From: Macrostomum lignano
Lineage: Eukaryota
Direction of reading: 5' to 3'
Assembly: GCA_002269645.1 (NCBI GenBank)
Contig: NIVC01000296.1
Span: forward strand, 639,015 to 703,014
DNA: 64,000 nt
Shown here piece after piece: positions 48,291 to 61,149 of this stretch. Each line of letters opens with the position of its first letter. Within the stretch, counting starts at the first letter, position 1. The notes under the pieces were generated by a model, which saw only the letters and a list, made by a program, of their open reading frames with translations, made no database searches and was not told where the DNA came from. Made by a program: the position numbers and the translations under genes.

Positions 48291-48867
48291 TTTTTGTGTT
48301 TAGCATTTTGTGTTTTTAAGGTTTTTGAATAAAAAAATCTTTTTGCACTACTAAGATTCGAACCCAGGTCGCAGCATTAGCAGTCCAGTCTGTTCGCATC
48401 TATGCTATCTCTTGTCTTGAATTGTGGCCCTTATAATTTAATTCTTATAGCAAATCGGTTAGAGTAAAAAGTTATGACATAATCAATTTCTCAGTCAGCC
48501 AGTATCAGTCTCAATTTAAGTTAGCAATATGGTTACGCAATTTAAATCAAGTCGTGTGTGCATTTGTTCGGCACTGTTTTCAACTTGTTGTGATGCAATC
48601 TTTATCACAATCGGAATTCAGTCAGTCAGTTTTTTCTCTAGCATTCTTACAATGCATTTCAGGTCGAAAGAGCTGCTTGACCTTTGCAAAAAAGCATGTT
48701 TTTCGAATATTTAATCCCTTTAACATTGAGCAATTTCTTAGCCAAGATGCATGTACCGTCCCAGGAAAATTTCTGATCGAATGGTGCAAGTTTGAAGAAA
48801 ATCGGTTGAGCCAATTTTTCTGAAATCTATCGCATACCCACAGACAACTCATTTTTAGTATATAGGA

Positions 48868-51277
48868 CTAGCCATTTAGCCCCCCTCCGGGTGGCTTCTT
48901 AGCAGTTTAGCGCTTGTCTATAAGCAGTTTTGCACAGTCGCTGAGCATATCTCACTAATCTCCGCGCAGTTCTGCAGTAGCAAATCTCTAAGCAGTTGTA
49001 CACGAATTTTACTGAGACTAAAAAGTTCTAAAAAGTTACATTTCTTAATGTTTGAAACTTTGCAATGTCAATTCATTTTTAGTTCTTTTATGATTATTCG
49101 TTATTTTCAAATTCTCATCAGATTACCACTATTCTCCCACATTAGCCCTACACCCCCAGATTAGCCCCACTTCCCCCAGATTAGCACTACTCCCCCCATA
49201 TTAGCCGCACACCCCCAGATTAGCCCCACTTCCCCCAGATTAGCACTCAGCCCAGATTAGCACTCAGCCCAGATTAGCACTCAGCCCAGATTAGCACTCA
49301 GCCCAGATTAGCACTCAGCCCAGATTAGCACTCAGCCCAGATTAGCACTCAGCCCAGATTAGCACTCAGCCCAGATTAGCACTCAGCCTAGATTAGTACT
49401 CAGCCCAGATTAGCACTCAGCCTAGATTAGTACTCAGCCCAGATTAGCACTCAGCCTAGATTAGCACCGCTCCACAGATTACCGCCGCTTCCCAGATATA
49501 GTTTCACCTTCCCAGATTAGCACCACTCTGCAAAAATTCGCACCGCTACTTCCTCCAGATTAGCCCCCCCACTCCTTTATATTAGCCCCACTCCCTTAGA
49601 TTAGCACCGCTCCCCAGATTAGCACCACTCCCAAACTGCTAAAAGGCGACTACTATTATCGCCTCAGAAGTTTAAAGTTAAACCCTCCCCAGAAATTGGC
49701 AGTTATCCCCACAACAACCTGAAATTATCCCTTCTAATTCCGCAAAACAGACATGCAGTCATACAACTCATTTGCACTCTACAACTTTTATTATTATTAT
49801 TCATTTATCCCTCAGGGACCCAGAATTGTCCCTTCTGCAAGCTACAATTATTCACAGTTAGATATCCTCCTCAGAAGTCTGCCATTATTATCCTAGCAGT
49901 CTGCAGCTATCCCCTCGGCAGTTTGCAGCTTATACGCTCATAAGTCTCGAGAAACTAACTAACGTCAGCAGTTTGCAGTTTGTCCCCTTTGCAGTCTGCA
50001 ATGATCCTTTCAACAATCTGCAGTTCCCCTCAGTAGTCTGCAGTCAATTCATTTGCAGTCAGCAAGTGTTTCCTTAATAATTCTCATTTATCCCCTCAGC
50101 AGTCTGCAGTTCTCTCAGCTGGCCCCTTAGTATTCTCAGCAAACTGCAATGATCTTTTCAATGATTTAAAAATTTTCTCAGCATTTACGACGGCGCACTA
50201 ATCAATTTTCGATATATATTGGCAGTCTTGCGCAACTCAGCATTTAGCAGCATCGTCTACTGCAATGATGCTTTCAACAATGTTGAAATAAGCTCAGCAT
50301 TTTATGGCTCACTAATCGATTTTCGATACATATCGGCAATCTTTTGCACCACTCAGCATTTAGCAATACCTCAGCAGTTTAGCAGCATCGTCTGCAGTTT
50401 AGTAATTTAATCCCCTGCAGTTTAGTCCTATATACTAAAAATCTACTTCTATAGACCTAGATAATAACAATTAATGGGATCTTAGGATTTTACAAATCAA
50501 ATCAAATTGCTTAGTGGCTTGTGCGAGTAGCAAAAATAAATTATTGTAATTAATAAAAAATTTTTACAATTAATCAAAAATGTTCAAAATAGTCGAGGCA
50601 GAAGCTACTAATGAATGAATTTATTTAATTTTACTTATCCGCTGGGGAGGCGGACTCGAACCTTGGACCTTATGCCTAGCCTAAACCTAGTCCTAGTGCC
50701 TACACTGCGGCTATTCCGCCTACTGATCGGAGGGCGCAAAAATCAGCGATATATTCTTCGGCACTGCAGTCAAATACATATATATGTATTATACATCAAT
50801 TGTACATAGCAGTGATAGGCTGCTCAGTTCATTAAGCTTATAAGCAGTTATGTGCAGGCAGAGCCAATGCACAATTGAGTGAAATCTATAAATAGCAATT
50901 GTCTATGCAGTCCGCCAGTCAGCCAGGGTCAGAATGTACACACGCAGCCACTGAGCATTATTTTCCTCTCCCTTATTGCAGCCAGTATTGAGGCCTACAC
51001 AGTGAACAGAGAAAAGTTGTGGCGCAATCTTAATTGGAATTGAAATTCAGTCAGTGAGATTTTGACCTTTTCTAGCCTCCCATTGAAAGCATTAAAAAAA
51101 CTCGTTTTTCGAATATTTAACCAACTTCTCATTCGTATTTTTCAATGCAATTACACCCACACAATCTCACAAGAATTTGCAATTGAATAAAGCAAGTTTG
51201 AAAAAAATCGGTTCAGGCATTCAGGCTGTGGACTGAAATACCGGTCAGACAGACCTTAGAGATTTAGTATATTGTGA
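48868..51277 (-). mobile_element. Helitron A: non-autonomous, more divergent; contains a 17-bp satellite (agattagcactcagccc, about 49130-49620)
   Basis: A/TC 5' junction at 51278/51277 inside LTR sequence. 3' hairpin gccacccggaggggggc followed by CTAG at 48871-48868. The 5' region is loosely similar to Helitrons B and C. Confidence 0.65.
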
Positions 51278-51488
51278 TTTTAGACTCCCCTCCTCCATTG
51301 AAATGATCGATTTCTATTTATACGTACAGTACTTCTTCGCAATGTACATCGTTCGTCCTAACTACATGTACTCAGTTCTATTATACAATATAAAGGACCA
51401 ACGCGTCAGTTTAGAAACGCTGTCTACAACTTGCGGCTCAAGCCAATTCAATCGCTTCGTCTCAATCTCAATTCATCACACTTTTACT
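51278..51488 (+). repeat. 211-bp direct duplication of 35961-36171 (3' part of the Gypsy 3' LTR plus flank)
   Basis: One mismatch to the 3' LTR, and it carries both 3'-LTR-specific alleles rather than the 5'-LTR alleles. Confidence 0.92.
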
Positions 51489-53899
51489 GGGGGCACATGT
51501 CCCCCCTGTCCCCCCCGTTGGCGACGCCTCTGTTCGGGGAAGTTTGCGTGGCAGCGGGATGGGTACAGTTGGAATGCTAAAATTAAGTAGCAGTTAGTTC
51601 CAGTGGTCCTTGGATGCATGGGTATTAACTAGGCAACTGTGGGCTCGGCGAACCTTAAGGCGTGTGGAATATTTGAGGACTACATGTAGGTGATGAAGGA
51701 GAGTTAGTTTATCACAAATTGCAATTTTAGACATCCCGATCAGCTACATGTAAATTGGGGTGGACCGCGGCGTTTGTTGCACTATATGAAAAGGTCGGGC
51801 TGTGGTCACTTACATCATGTACGTAGATGCTCACGCCATCACGCGTTTTTATATATTTCCTCATAATATTCCTCTTCATATCTTCATAGCTTAACCTAAC
51901 TTGACTTACTTGACTTAGCTGCAGGGGGCGTCCGGCGGATGCAGCGAGGTCAAACGGAGGAGACGCCCAAATTTCGCTAGCCCCTGGCGACCCAATGGCT
52001 CGCCGTAGCTTAACCTAAAGTTTCCTAAAGTTTCGGGTATATTTATGATGATATTAAGAATATGGTATACTAATGGACTACTGGCAGCAAGGATGAATTT
52101 CAATTAAGCAAACTTAAGTAATCCCTATCGATAGGCATCTACATGTAGCTAACTTCAGTAAGTTCCTGTACACCAACTACGTCTTCATGCGGCCGTCCAA
52201 CGCGCTGGATGTTGTGGCTGCGGCAGTTAAGTTCGCCTGGACGACCTGCAGAGGGTGAGCTCGATTTCATGGAAGCACTTACAGTGGTCCTTGCACCTCG
52301 TCCGATAGAAGAGTACAAAGCGTAGGGAGTACAGTAAATGCATGGATCGTACATAAATTTCCGCAGAAAAATTTAAAATCAGAGTCTACTATGTCGTATT
52401 TTAAGCTAATTAGTTGCACTCTAAGTTATAAAACCTCTCGAAAAGAACTGCGAAGTTTCCGTTTTTGTTAATGTGCTAATAAATTTTCAACTATTTTAAT
52501 ATCCTTTAACTGAACTATACAGCCGTGTCACAAACACGTAGCAGAATAGGACACGTTTTTTTCGGCTTCAGAAGCGGTCAATACATGTTTTGTGTACGAA
52601 AATGTATTAGTAAGATGTATCACCCGTGACACAACGTAAGGCTCAAAAATACCTCTTCACAAGAGCCTTAACCTTTTTTTTTAGCCTTTTCCTTGAGAGC
52701 ATTTTCCTTAAAGGCAGATAATACCCGTCGATAGGTATTTGTACCCATATTTTTATGCATTTTAAGGCTTCCGTGTACTCGCGTGTAGAAGTTGTCACGG
52801 GTGATGTTGGTAAACTGTATAATTCAAATTCCATTCTAGCTAGCTATTAAAATAATTAGCCTGCGTCAGGATTAGCAAAAATTTAAAGGGCTAGTGACCA
52901 ATGTAGCTAGTTCTAGTCTAGGAAGTTGCGCATCTTACCTAGCTATCTTATTCTTGGTCTAATCGGCTAGGCCTATGCTATGCTGTTCGACCTAAATATT
53001 AAATTTTACTACTATTGCCATTTTGTTACAGATTTATTTAGGACCTACTGTTCTACCAATGTCAATGGCAATAGATTAAATTTAAAACTACCTAGGCAGC
53101 TAGGCCTAGTAATTTTGCATTTAGTAATACAAAGCCTACTGTTTCACTGATTATTTTCTTCTATTGACTAGTAGCCCTAAATCTAAAATATTTTCTTTTC
53201 TTTTGTGTTATAAGGCCTAGCCTTTACCTTTATGTTATATTATTAAAATGTTCTTTTGACTTAATAATAGTATTAATAAGCATCTTTTTTCTTTCTTGGA
53301 TGTAAAGTTAATTTGGTCCTTCTTTGATTTAATTTAATTAGCTTATATTTTATACAATTTACTAAGGCTATAGGAATGGAAGTATTATAATATTTATATT
53401 AATTTTTTCTAACAAATATTATAAATCTGTTTTATAAGCATCAAAAATGGAAATATAAAACAAGATAATATAGAGCACATTCTATATTGAAATATTATGC
53501 ACATTTTTTAAATATTTTGATAAATAAGATTTCTCCACAAAATTAAAAAATATTTTAGAAATTAGATTATAAACTTAAAGCCATAAACCATAGACTGGCA
53601 ACTAGTTATTTACTACCATTATAAAGTAAGTCATGATATCTATCTAGTAGTCATGACCTTTTCTTCCTCTCTAACCTCTATCTATATCCTGTTCTTCTTT
53701 CTAGACCTATTTTCTTTTTGAAAAATTTACCTCCTCTTCCTTCCAATATTACTCCTTTCTTTATTTTAGCCCCATCATGTCTTCCCCTTGAATCCTTATT
53801 CTCTCCTCTTCACTACCTACCTTCTCTTTTCTAGTTCTTACTTTCCTCATTTCTAGCCCTTACTCTCTTCTCCTCTCCAGCCTAACCCTCCTAGCCTCA

Positions 53900-55720
53900 C
53901 CTCTTCCTCCAGCCCCACCTAAACCTCTTTGAACCTCTAGCCCCATCTTTTTTTCTTTCCAGCCCTATCCTCCTCCACTCTAGTCTCATCCTACCTTCCA
54001 GTCTTATCCTTCTTTCTAGCCTCACCCTCCTCCCTTTCAAGCCCTACCCTCCTTCCCTGCACCACCACCCTCCTTCTCTCCAGCCCTACCCTCCCTCCCT
54101 GCAACACTACCCTCCTTCCCTCCAGCCCTATCCTCCCTCCCTGCTACCCTGCTTTCCTTCTAGCCCTACCTTTTTCCCCTACTACCCCGCATTCCCCTCC
54201 AGCTTCCATCTTCTATCCTCTAGCCCAACCCTTCAGCCCTATCCTTCCCTCTAACCCTACCCCCTTTCCCTCCAGCCCTACCCTCCTTCTCTGCAGCACC
54301 ACCCTCCTACCCTCTAGCCCCACCCTCCTTCTCTCTAGCCCACCCTCCTTCCCTCTAGCCCACCCTCCTTCCCTCTAGCCCTACCCTCCTTCCCTCTAGC
54401 CCTACCCTCCTTTCCTCCAGCCCCACTCTCCTTCCCTCCAGCCCCACTCTCCTTCCCTCCAGCCCCACCCTCCTTCCCTCCAGCCCGACTCTCCTTCCCT
54501 CAAGCCCTGCCCTCTTCCCCTACTGCCCCACGCTCCCCTCCAGCTTCCATCCTCTTCTACCCTCTAGCCCCACCCTCTTACCCTTCAGCCCCATCCTTCC
54601 CTCTAACCCTACCCCCTTTCCCTCCAGCCCTACCCTCCTTCCCTCCAGCCCTACCCTCCTTCCCTCCAGCCCCACTCTCCTTCCCTCCATCCCCACCCTC
54701 CTTCCCTCTAGCCCTGCCCTCCTCCTCGACTTTCCACCCTCCCTTCCAGCTTCCACCCTCTCCTCCCTCCAGGACCCACCCTCCCTCCTTCTAGCCCTAC
54801 CCTCCTTCCCTCCAGCCCCACTCGCCTTCCCTCTAGCCCACCCTCCTTCCCTCTAGCCCTACCCTCCTTCCCTCCAGCCCCACTCTCCTTCCCTCCAGCC
54901 CCACCCTCCTTCCCTCCAGCCCGACACTCCTTCCCTCCAGCCCCACTCTCCTTCCCTCAAGCCCCGCCCTCTTCCTTTACTGCCCCACGCTCCCCTCCAG
55001 CTTCCATCCTCTTCCACCCTCTAGCCCCACCCTCTTACCCTTCCACCCCATCCTTCCCTCTAACCCTACCCCCTTTCCCTCCAGCCCCACTCGCCTTAGC
55101 TCCAGCCCCACCCTCCCTCCCTCTAGCCCTACCCTCCTTCCCTCCAGCCACACCCTCCTTCCCTCCAGCCCTGCTCTCCTTTCCTCTAGCCCCACTCTCC
55201 TTCCCTCCAGCCCCACTCTCCTTCCCTCCAGCCCCACCCTCCTTCCCTCCAGCCACACCCTCCTTCCCTCCAGCCCTGCTCTCCTTTCCTCTAGCCCCAC
55301 TCTCCTTCCCTCCAGCCCCACTCTCCTTCCCTCCAGCCCCACCCTCCTTCCCTCCAGCCCTACCCTCCTTCTCTGCAGCACCACCCTCCTTCCCTCCAGC
55401 CCGACTCTCCTTCCCTCAAGCCCCGCCCTCTTCCCCTACTGCCCCACGCTCCCCTCCAGCTTCCATCCTCTTCTACCCTCTAGCCCCACCCTCTTACCCT
55501 TTAGCCCCATCCTTCCTTCCAGCACCACCGCCTTCTTTCCCCAACCCCAACCTCTCCTCCCCTCGAGTGCTCAGCCTCTCCTCCCCTCAGTGCTCAGCCT
55601 CTCCTCCCCTCAAGTGCTCAGCCTCTCCTCCTCCAGCCTCACCCTCTCCTCCCCCAGCATGAACATCTTCGCCCCTACTGGCCCACCCTTCGCCCCTGCA
55701 GTCCCCACCCTATTCTCCTT
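53900..55720. repeat. CT-rich degenerate minisatellite of about 21 bp (ccctccagccccactctcctt) with larger internal duplications
   Basis: Directly visible; blocks near 54510, 54970 and 55430 repeat one another. Confidence 0.88.
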
Positions 55721-55879
55721 TTCAGCCTCACCCTTTTTTCGTAGCTTTGTTAATTAAATTTAATTATCCGTTTTAGAAGTAAAAACGAATATTTCTCCTT
55801 CCTCTCTTCTGAATCTCCTCGATGGGGAGAAAAAGATAAGGCCAAGGCAAAACCTAACAATAGCAAACCAAGCAATGGA

Positions 55880-56390
55880 GACAATGCTACGGAGGGCCCT
55901 GCCAACAGGATGAGTACGGCTTTCTACTTCCTACCGAACAAACAGCCGCCAATCGGAGAAGCGGCTGTCACTCCTGGGTTACGCCGACGACCTGGCGCTG
56001 CCCGCCTCTACGGCTGAGGGAGCCCCAGCGCATGCTAGACAGCCTGGTGGCAGCTGCGGCATCGGTCGGGCATCAACACCGAGAAGACGAGGTGATGACT
56101 GTACCCGCGGAGCTGCCTATCAAAATCACCTGCTGGGACGCCCGACGGTTGTGCAGCAGCTCTACCTCGTTGCACCCTCGCTGCGACTACCCAGCGAGAC
56201 CTTCCGCAGGCGAAGACTTCAGCTGGTGGGCCACACCATCCGCGTGGAGGCCTACTGTTCTCAACCATTGAACCAGTGCAGGACGTCCTGCTGCTCACGA
56301 TGCAGGGCCCCTGGCGCCGGGATTACGGCCGGGCGGGTCGCTACGCGGATTGCCTGCTGGATGACGCTGGGTGATCGGCCAGGCGCACGC
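55880..56390 (+). pseudogene. Decayed RTE-like non-LTR retrotransposon fragment (RT C-terminal half)
   Basis: LLGYADDLAL..AEG..MLDSLVAAAASVG..INTEK, then RRRRLQLVGH, with frameshifts. Confidence 0.7.
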
Positions 56391-57368
56391 TGTTGTCGCT
56401 TTCAGAGAGTTAGCACTGAAAGAACTGATCTGACACTGCCTCCCATTGTGAACTGTTACTCTTAACTCAACCTTGCCTTGTTGTTTTCTCTTCAGAATAA
56501 TTTGCCCAGCTGCAAACTGTGATGGTGCATATCTCGTACTCGCGATTAAAAAATCTTATACTTCTTACTGTTTCACTGATTTAATTCCGAACCAACCAGG
56601 AAAACAAATTTATTTTTAATTCCGTGCATTTTTCTTGTGCTTTACTTTTACTGATCGGTGTTAGTGCTATTTATTGTGTGTAATATTATCGAAAAATTCA
56701 ATTTCCGATGTCATTATTTAGGAACTTCCGCTGTGCTGTATTAAAACTATATAGTACTTCCGCATGCACTGACGTAGCATTGCGCCAATAATTTTACATT
56801 GCGTGACGCAGGCGCCTAAACCAATCTTTTGTTGAATGCTACTAGCATAATAATCCTTTGAAATACATTGTATTGCTATACTGCATTGCTTTTGATGATC
56901 TAAACGAGACTAGCTAGACTCCTCACTGATCCATACGAGTATGCTCCTCAGTCCTCAAGCGAACTACGAGTATATGGAAACGAGAGCAGATTGAGCTAGC
57001 AGCAAACTTAGTATTTGATCTTCGGATCACGGATAGAATCAAGAAAATGTAGATCTGGCACTTATTCAAAAGTCCTTGATTTAATGGAATACAGCAATTT
57101 TCAATCTGTCACTTTTTCAACTTCAACTTTTTTAAATTTGGATTGGCGCAAGTCTCCTTTACATCGTCAAAAGCAATACTGGTTCCAATCCAAGAGAATG
57201 ATTTGTTGATAACTGTATTTCACTCTTTGAGCTGAACGCTGTGTTTGACCATTATTTTGTTGGTGTACAGCGTGCAACAGATCGCATGAATTGGTAAATT
57301 TCCTTTCATGCGCTCCTTTCATCCTATAATTCTGGTAGGGGGCGCTGCTGTTGCAAAGAGCGGCGGTG

Positions 57369-60300
57369 GATAGCGGAGCTGTTGCAGGAGCTGCGGCAGA
57401 TAGCGGAGCTGTTGCAGGAGCTGCGGCAGATAGCGGAGCTGTTGCAGGAGCTGCGGCAGATAGCGGAGCTGTTGCAGGAGCTGCGGCAGATAGCGGAGCT
57501 GTTGCAGGAGCTGCGGCAGATAGCGGAGCTGTTGCAGGAGCTGCGGCAGATAGCGGAGCTGTTGCAGGAGCTGCGGCAGATAGCGGAGCTGTTGCAGGAG
57601 CTGCGGCAGATAGCGGAGCTGTTGCAGGAGCTGCGGCAGATAGCGGAGCTGTTGCAGGAGCTGCGGCAGATAGCGGAGCTGTTGCAGGAGCTGCGGCAGA
57701 TAGCGGAGCTGTTGCAGGAGCTGCGGCAGATAGCGGAGCTGTTGCAGGAGCTGCGGCAGATAGCGGAGCTGTTGCAGGAGCTGCGGCAGATAGCGGAGCT
57801 GTTGCAGGAGCTGCGGCAGATAGCGGAGCTGTTGCAGGAGCTGCGGCAGATAGCGGAGCTGTTGCAGGAGCTGCGGCAGATAGCGGAGCTGTTGCAGGAG
57901 CTGCGGCAGATAGCGGAGCTGTTGCAGGAGCTGCGGCAGATAGCGGAGCTGTTGCAGGAGCTGCGGCAGATAGCGGAGCTGTTGCAGGAGCTGCGGCAGA
58001 TAGCGGAGCTGTTGCAGGAGCTGCGGCAGATAGCGGAGCTGTTGCAGGAGCTGCGGCAGATAGCGGAGCTGTTGCAGGAGCTGCGGCAGATAGCGGAGCT
58101 GTTGCAGGAGCTGCGGCAGATAGCGGAGCTGTTGCAGGAGCTGCGGCAGATAGCGGAGCTGTTGCAGGAGCTGCGGCAGATAGCGGAGCTGTTGCAGGAG
58201 CTGCGGCAGATAGCGGAGCTGTTGCAGGAGCTGCGGCAGATAGCGGAGCTGTTGCAGGAGCTGCGGCAGATAGCGGAGCTGTTGCAGGAGCTGCGGCAGA
58301 TAGCGGAGCTGTTGCAGGAGCTGCGGCAGATAGCGGAGCTGTTGCAGGAGCTGCGGCAGATAGCGGAGCTGTTGCAGGAGCTGCGGCAGATAGCGGAGCT
58401 GTTGCAGGAGCTGCGGCAGATAGCGGAGCTGTTGCAGGAGCTGCGGCAGATAGCGGAGCTGTTGCAGGAGCTGCGGCAGATAGCGGAGCTGTTGCAGGAG
58501 CTGCGGCAGATAGCGGAGCTGTTGCAGGAGCTGCGGCAGATAGCGGAGCTGTTGCAGGAGCTGCGGCAGATAGCGGAGCTGTTGCAGGAGCTGCGGCAGA
58601 TAGCGGAGCTGTTGCAGGAGCTGCGGCAGATAGCGGAGCTGTTGCAGGAGCTGCGGCAGATAGCGGAGCTGTTGCAGGAGCTGCGGCAGATAGCGGAGCT
58701 GTTGCAGGAGCTGCGGCAGATAGCGGAGCTGTTGCAGGAGCTGCGGCAGATAGCGGAGCTGTTGCAGGAGCTGCGGCAGATAGCGGAGCTGTTGCAGGAG
58801 CTGCGGCAGATAGCGGAGCTGTTGCAGGAGCTGCGGCAGATAGCGGAGCTGTTGCAGGAGCTGCGGCAGATAGCGGAGCTGTTGCAGGAGCTGCGGCAGA
58901 TAGCGGAGCTGTTGCAGGAGCTGCGGCAGATAGCGGAGCTGTTGCAGGAGCTGCGGCAGATAGCGGAGCTGTTGCAGGAGCTGCGGCAGATAGCGGAGCT
59001 GTTGCAGGAGCTGCGGCAGATAGCGGAGCTGTTGCAGGAGCTGCGGCAGATAGCGGAGCTGTTGCAGGAGCTGCGGCAGATAGCGGAGCTGTTGCAGGAG
59101 CTGCGGCAGATAGCGGAGCTGTTGCAGGAGCTGCGGCAGATAGCGGAGCTGTTGCAGGAGCTGCGGCAGATAGCGGAGCTGTTGCAGGAGCTGCGGCAGA
59201 TAGCGGAGCTGTTGCAGGAGCTGCGGCAGATAGCGGAGCTGTTGCAGGAGCTGCGGCAGATAGCGGAGCTGTTGCAGGAGCTGCGGCAGATAGCGGAGCT
59301 GTTGCAGGAGCTGCGGCAGATAGCGGAGCTGTTGCAGGAGCTGCGGCAGATAGCGGAGCTGTTGCAGGAGCTGCGGCAGATAGCGGAGCTGTTGCAGGAG
59401 CTGCGGCAGATAGCGGAGCTGTTGCAGGAGCTGCGGCAGATAGCGGAGCTGTTGCAGGAGCTGCGGCAGATAGCGGAGCTGTTGCAGGAGCTGCGGCAGA
59501 TAGCGGAGCTGTTGCAGGAGCTGCGGCAGATAGCGGAGCTGTTGCAGGAGCTGCGGCAGATAGCGGAGCTGTTGCAGGAGCTGCGGCAGATAGCGGAGCT
59601 GTTGCAGGAGCTGCGGCAGATAGCGGAGCTGTTGCAGGAGCTGCGGCAGATAGCGGAGCTGTTGCAGGAGCTGCGGCAGATAGCGGAGCTGTTGCAGGAG
59701 CTGCGGCAGATAGCGGAGCTGTTGCAGGAGCTGCGGCAGATAGCGAGCTGTTGCAGGAGCTGCGGCAGATAGCGAGCTGTTGCAGGAGCTGCGGCAGATA
59801 GCGGAGCTGTTGCAGGAGCTGCGGCAGATAGCGGAGCTGTTGCAGGAGCTGCGGCAGATAGCGGAGCTGTTGCAGGAGCTGCGGCAGATAGCGGAGCTGT
59901 TGCAGGAGCTGCGGCAGATAGCGGAGCTGTTGCAGGAGCTGCGGCAGATAGCGGAGCTGTTGCAGGAGCTGCGGCAGATAGCGGAGCTGTTGCAGGAGCT
60001 GCGGCAGATAGCGGAGCTGTTGCAGGAGCTGCGGCAGATAGCGGAGCTGTTGCAGGAGCTGCGGCAGATAGCGGAGCTGTTGCAGGAGCTGCGGCAGATA
60101 GCGGAGCTGTTGCAGGAGCTGCGGCAGATAGCGGAGCTGTTGCAGGAGCTGCGGCAGATAGCGGAGCTGTTGCAGGAGCTGCGGCAGATAGCGGAGCTGT
60201 TGCAGGAGCTGCGGCAGATAGCGGAGCTGTTGCAGGAGCTGCGGCAGATAGCGGAGCTGTTACAGGAGCTGCGGCAGATAGCGGAGCTGTTGCAGGAGCT

Positions 60301-60399
60301 GCGGCAGATAGCGGAGCTGTTACAGGAGCTGCGGCAGGCGGAGCTGTTGCAGGAGCTGCGGCAGATAGCGGAGCTGTTACAGGAGCTGCGGCAGATAGC
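57369..60399. repeat. 30-bp tandem array (gcagatagcggagctgttgcaggagctgcg), about 100 copies
   Basis: Almost invariant; variants appear only toward the inner end. Confidence 0.97.
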
Positions 60400-60644
60400 A
60401 GATTTACTCGTATCCCAAAAATATTCGCCTTTAAAATTGCATACAGTGTTTGAAAAAATCAATTGTGGAGTTTTAGATGCTTGAATCAATTTTGCTTAAG
60501 CCAGTGGCGTTTGCCGTACATGCCGTTCAATCTTTTTGTACATAAGGCCAAGCATAATTCTCAAATGGTAGATTTATCGCTTGGTTTCAAGTGCGTTAAG
60601 TCCTGTCACGAGTGCGCATAGCCGAGCATAGCTGAGAACAACAT

Positions 60645-60785
60645 TCGCACCATGGACTGGCCAGCACAGTCACCAGACCTCAATCCGATATAGAATATAT
60701 GGAACTGGGTCGAGTGGGACATCCAGAGGCAGCAGCCAGCTTCCCTTGATCAGCTGTACCGTATCCTTGAGGACTTGTGGTCTGG
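60645..60785 (+). pseudogene. Tc1-type transposase fragment
   Basis: MDWPAQSPDLNPI*NIWNWV matches the WPxQSPDLNPIENxW motif, with the catalytic Glu codon changed to TAG. Confidence 0.8.
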
Positions 60786-61149
60786 AGACTAAAAAATTAA
60801 AAAAATGGCACATCGTCGTGACTCGAACGCCGGACTCGTTTGAGTCAAAATGTTATTGAACTACAATATATATGTATGCTAATTAGCTGTACTGTACATA
60901 CTGCATACCGTTTATGGCTAATAAAAAGCACATCTCACACGCACATGTACTCAATTTATCATAATTAACTTCAGCATTTACATGTTTAGCAGCCATGCAA
61001 AACAACAAAAAGCTTCTGCAGCCTGCCACTTCTACTCTTCGCTCCCGCCCTGCGGCCATGCTCCACTATCTACCACCGCTGCAGCTCCTTGCAACAGCTC
61101 TGCTATCTTCCACCGCTCCTGCACATGCCCCGGAACCCAGTGAAGAGTA

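Larger units (their letters stand above)
45320..48867 (-). mobile_element. Helitron B: non-autonomous, filled with 18-bp and 21/22-bp satellites
   Basis: Starts tcctatatactaaaaa at 48867 and ends with the hairpin cccccatcggggg plus CTAG at 45323-45320. Both termini are shared with Helitron C. Confidence 0.85.
31018..51532. mobile_element. hAT-type non-autonomous element (body about 350 bp) split by nested insertions
   Basis: TIRs caggggcgtcgcca (31018-31031) and tggcgacgcctctg (51519-51532), 13/14 match. 8-bp flanks tttgggga and ttcgggga (7/8). Internal subrepeats of about 21 bp at 31120-31240. Confidence 0.7.

Noticed and set aside
54520-55384. GLEGRRV repeat ORFs resembling RG-rich proteins
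   Set aside because: Reverse translation of a CT-rich minisatellite.
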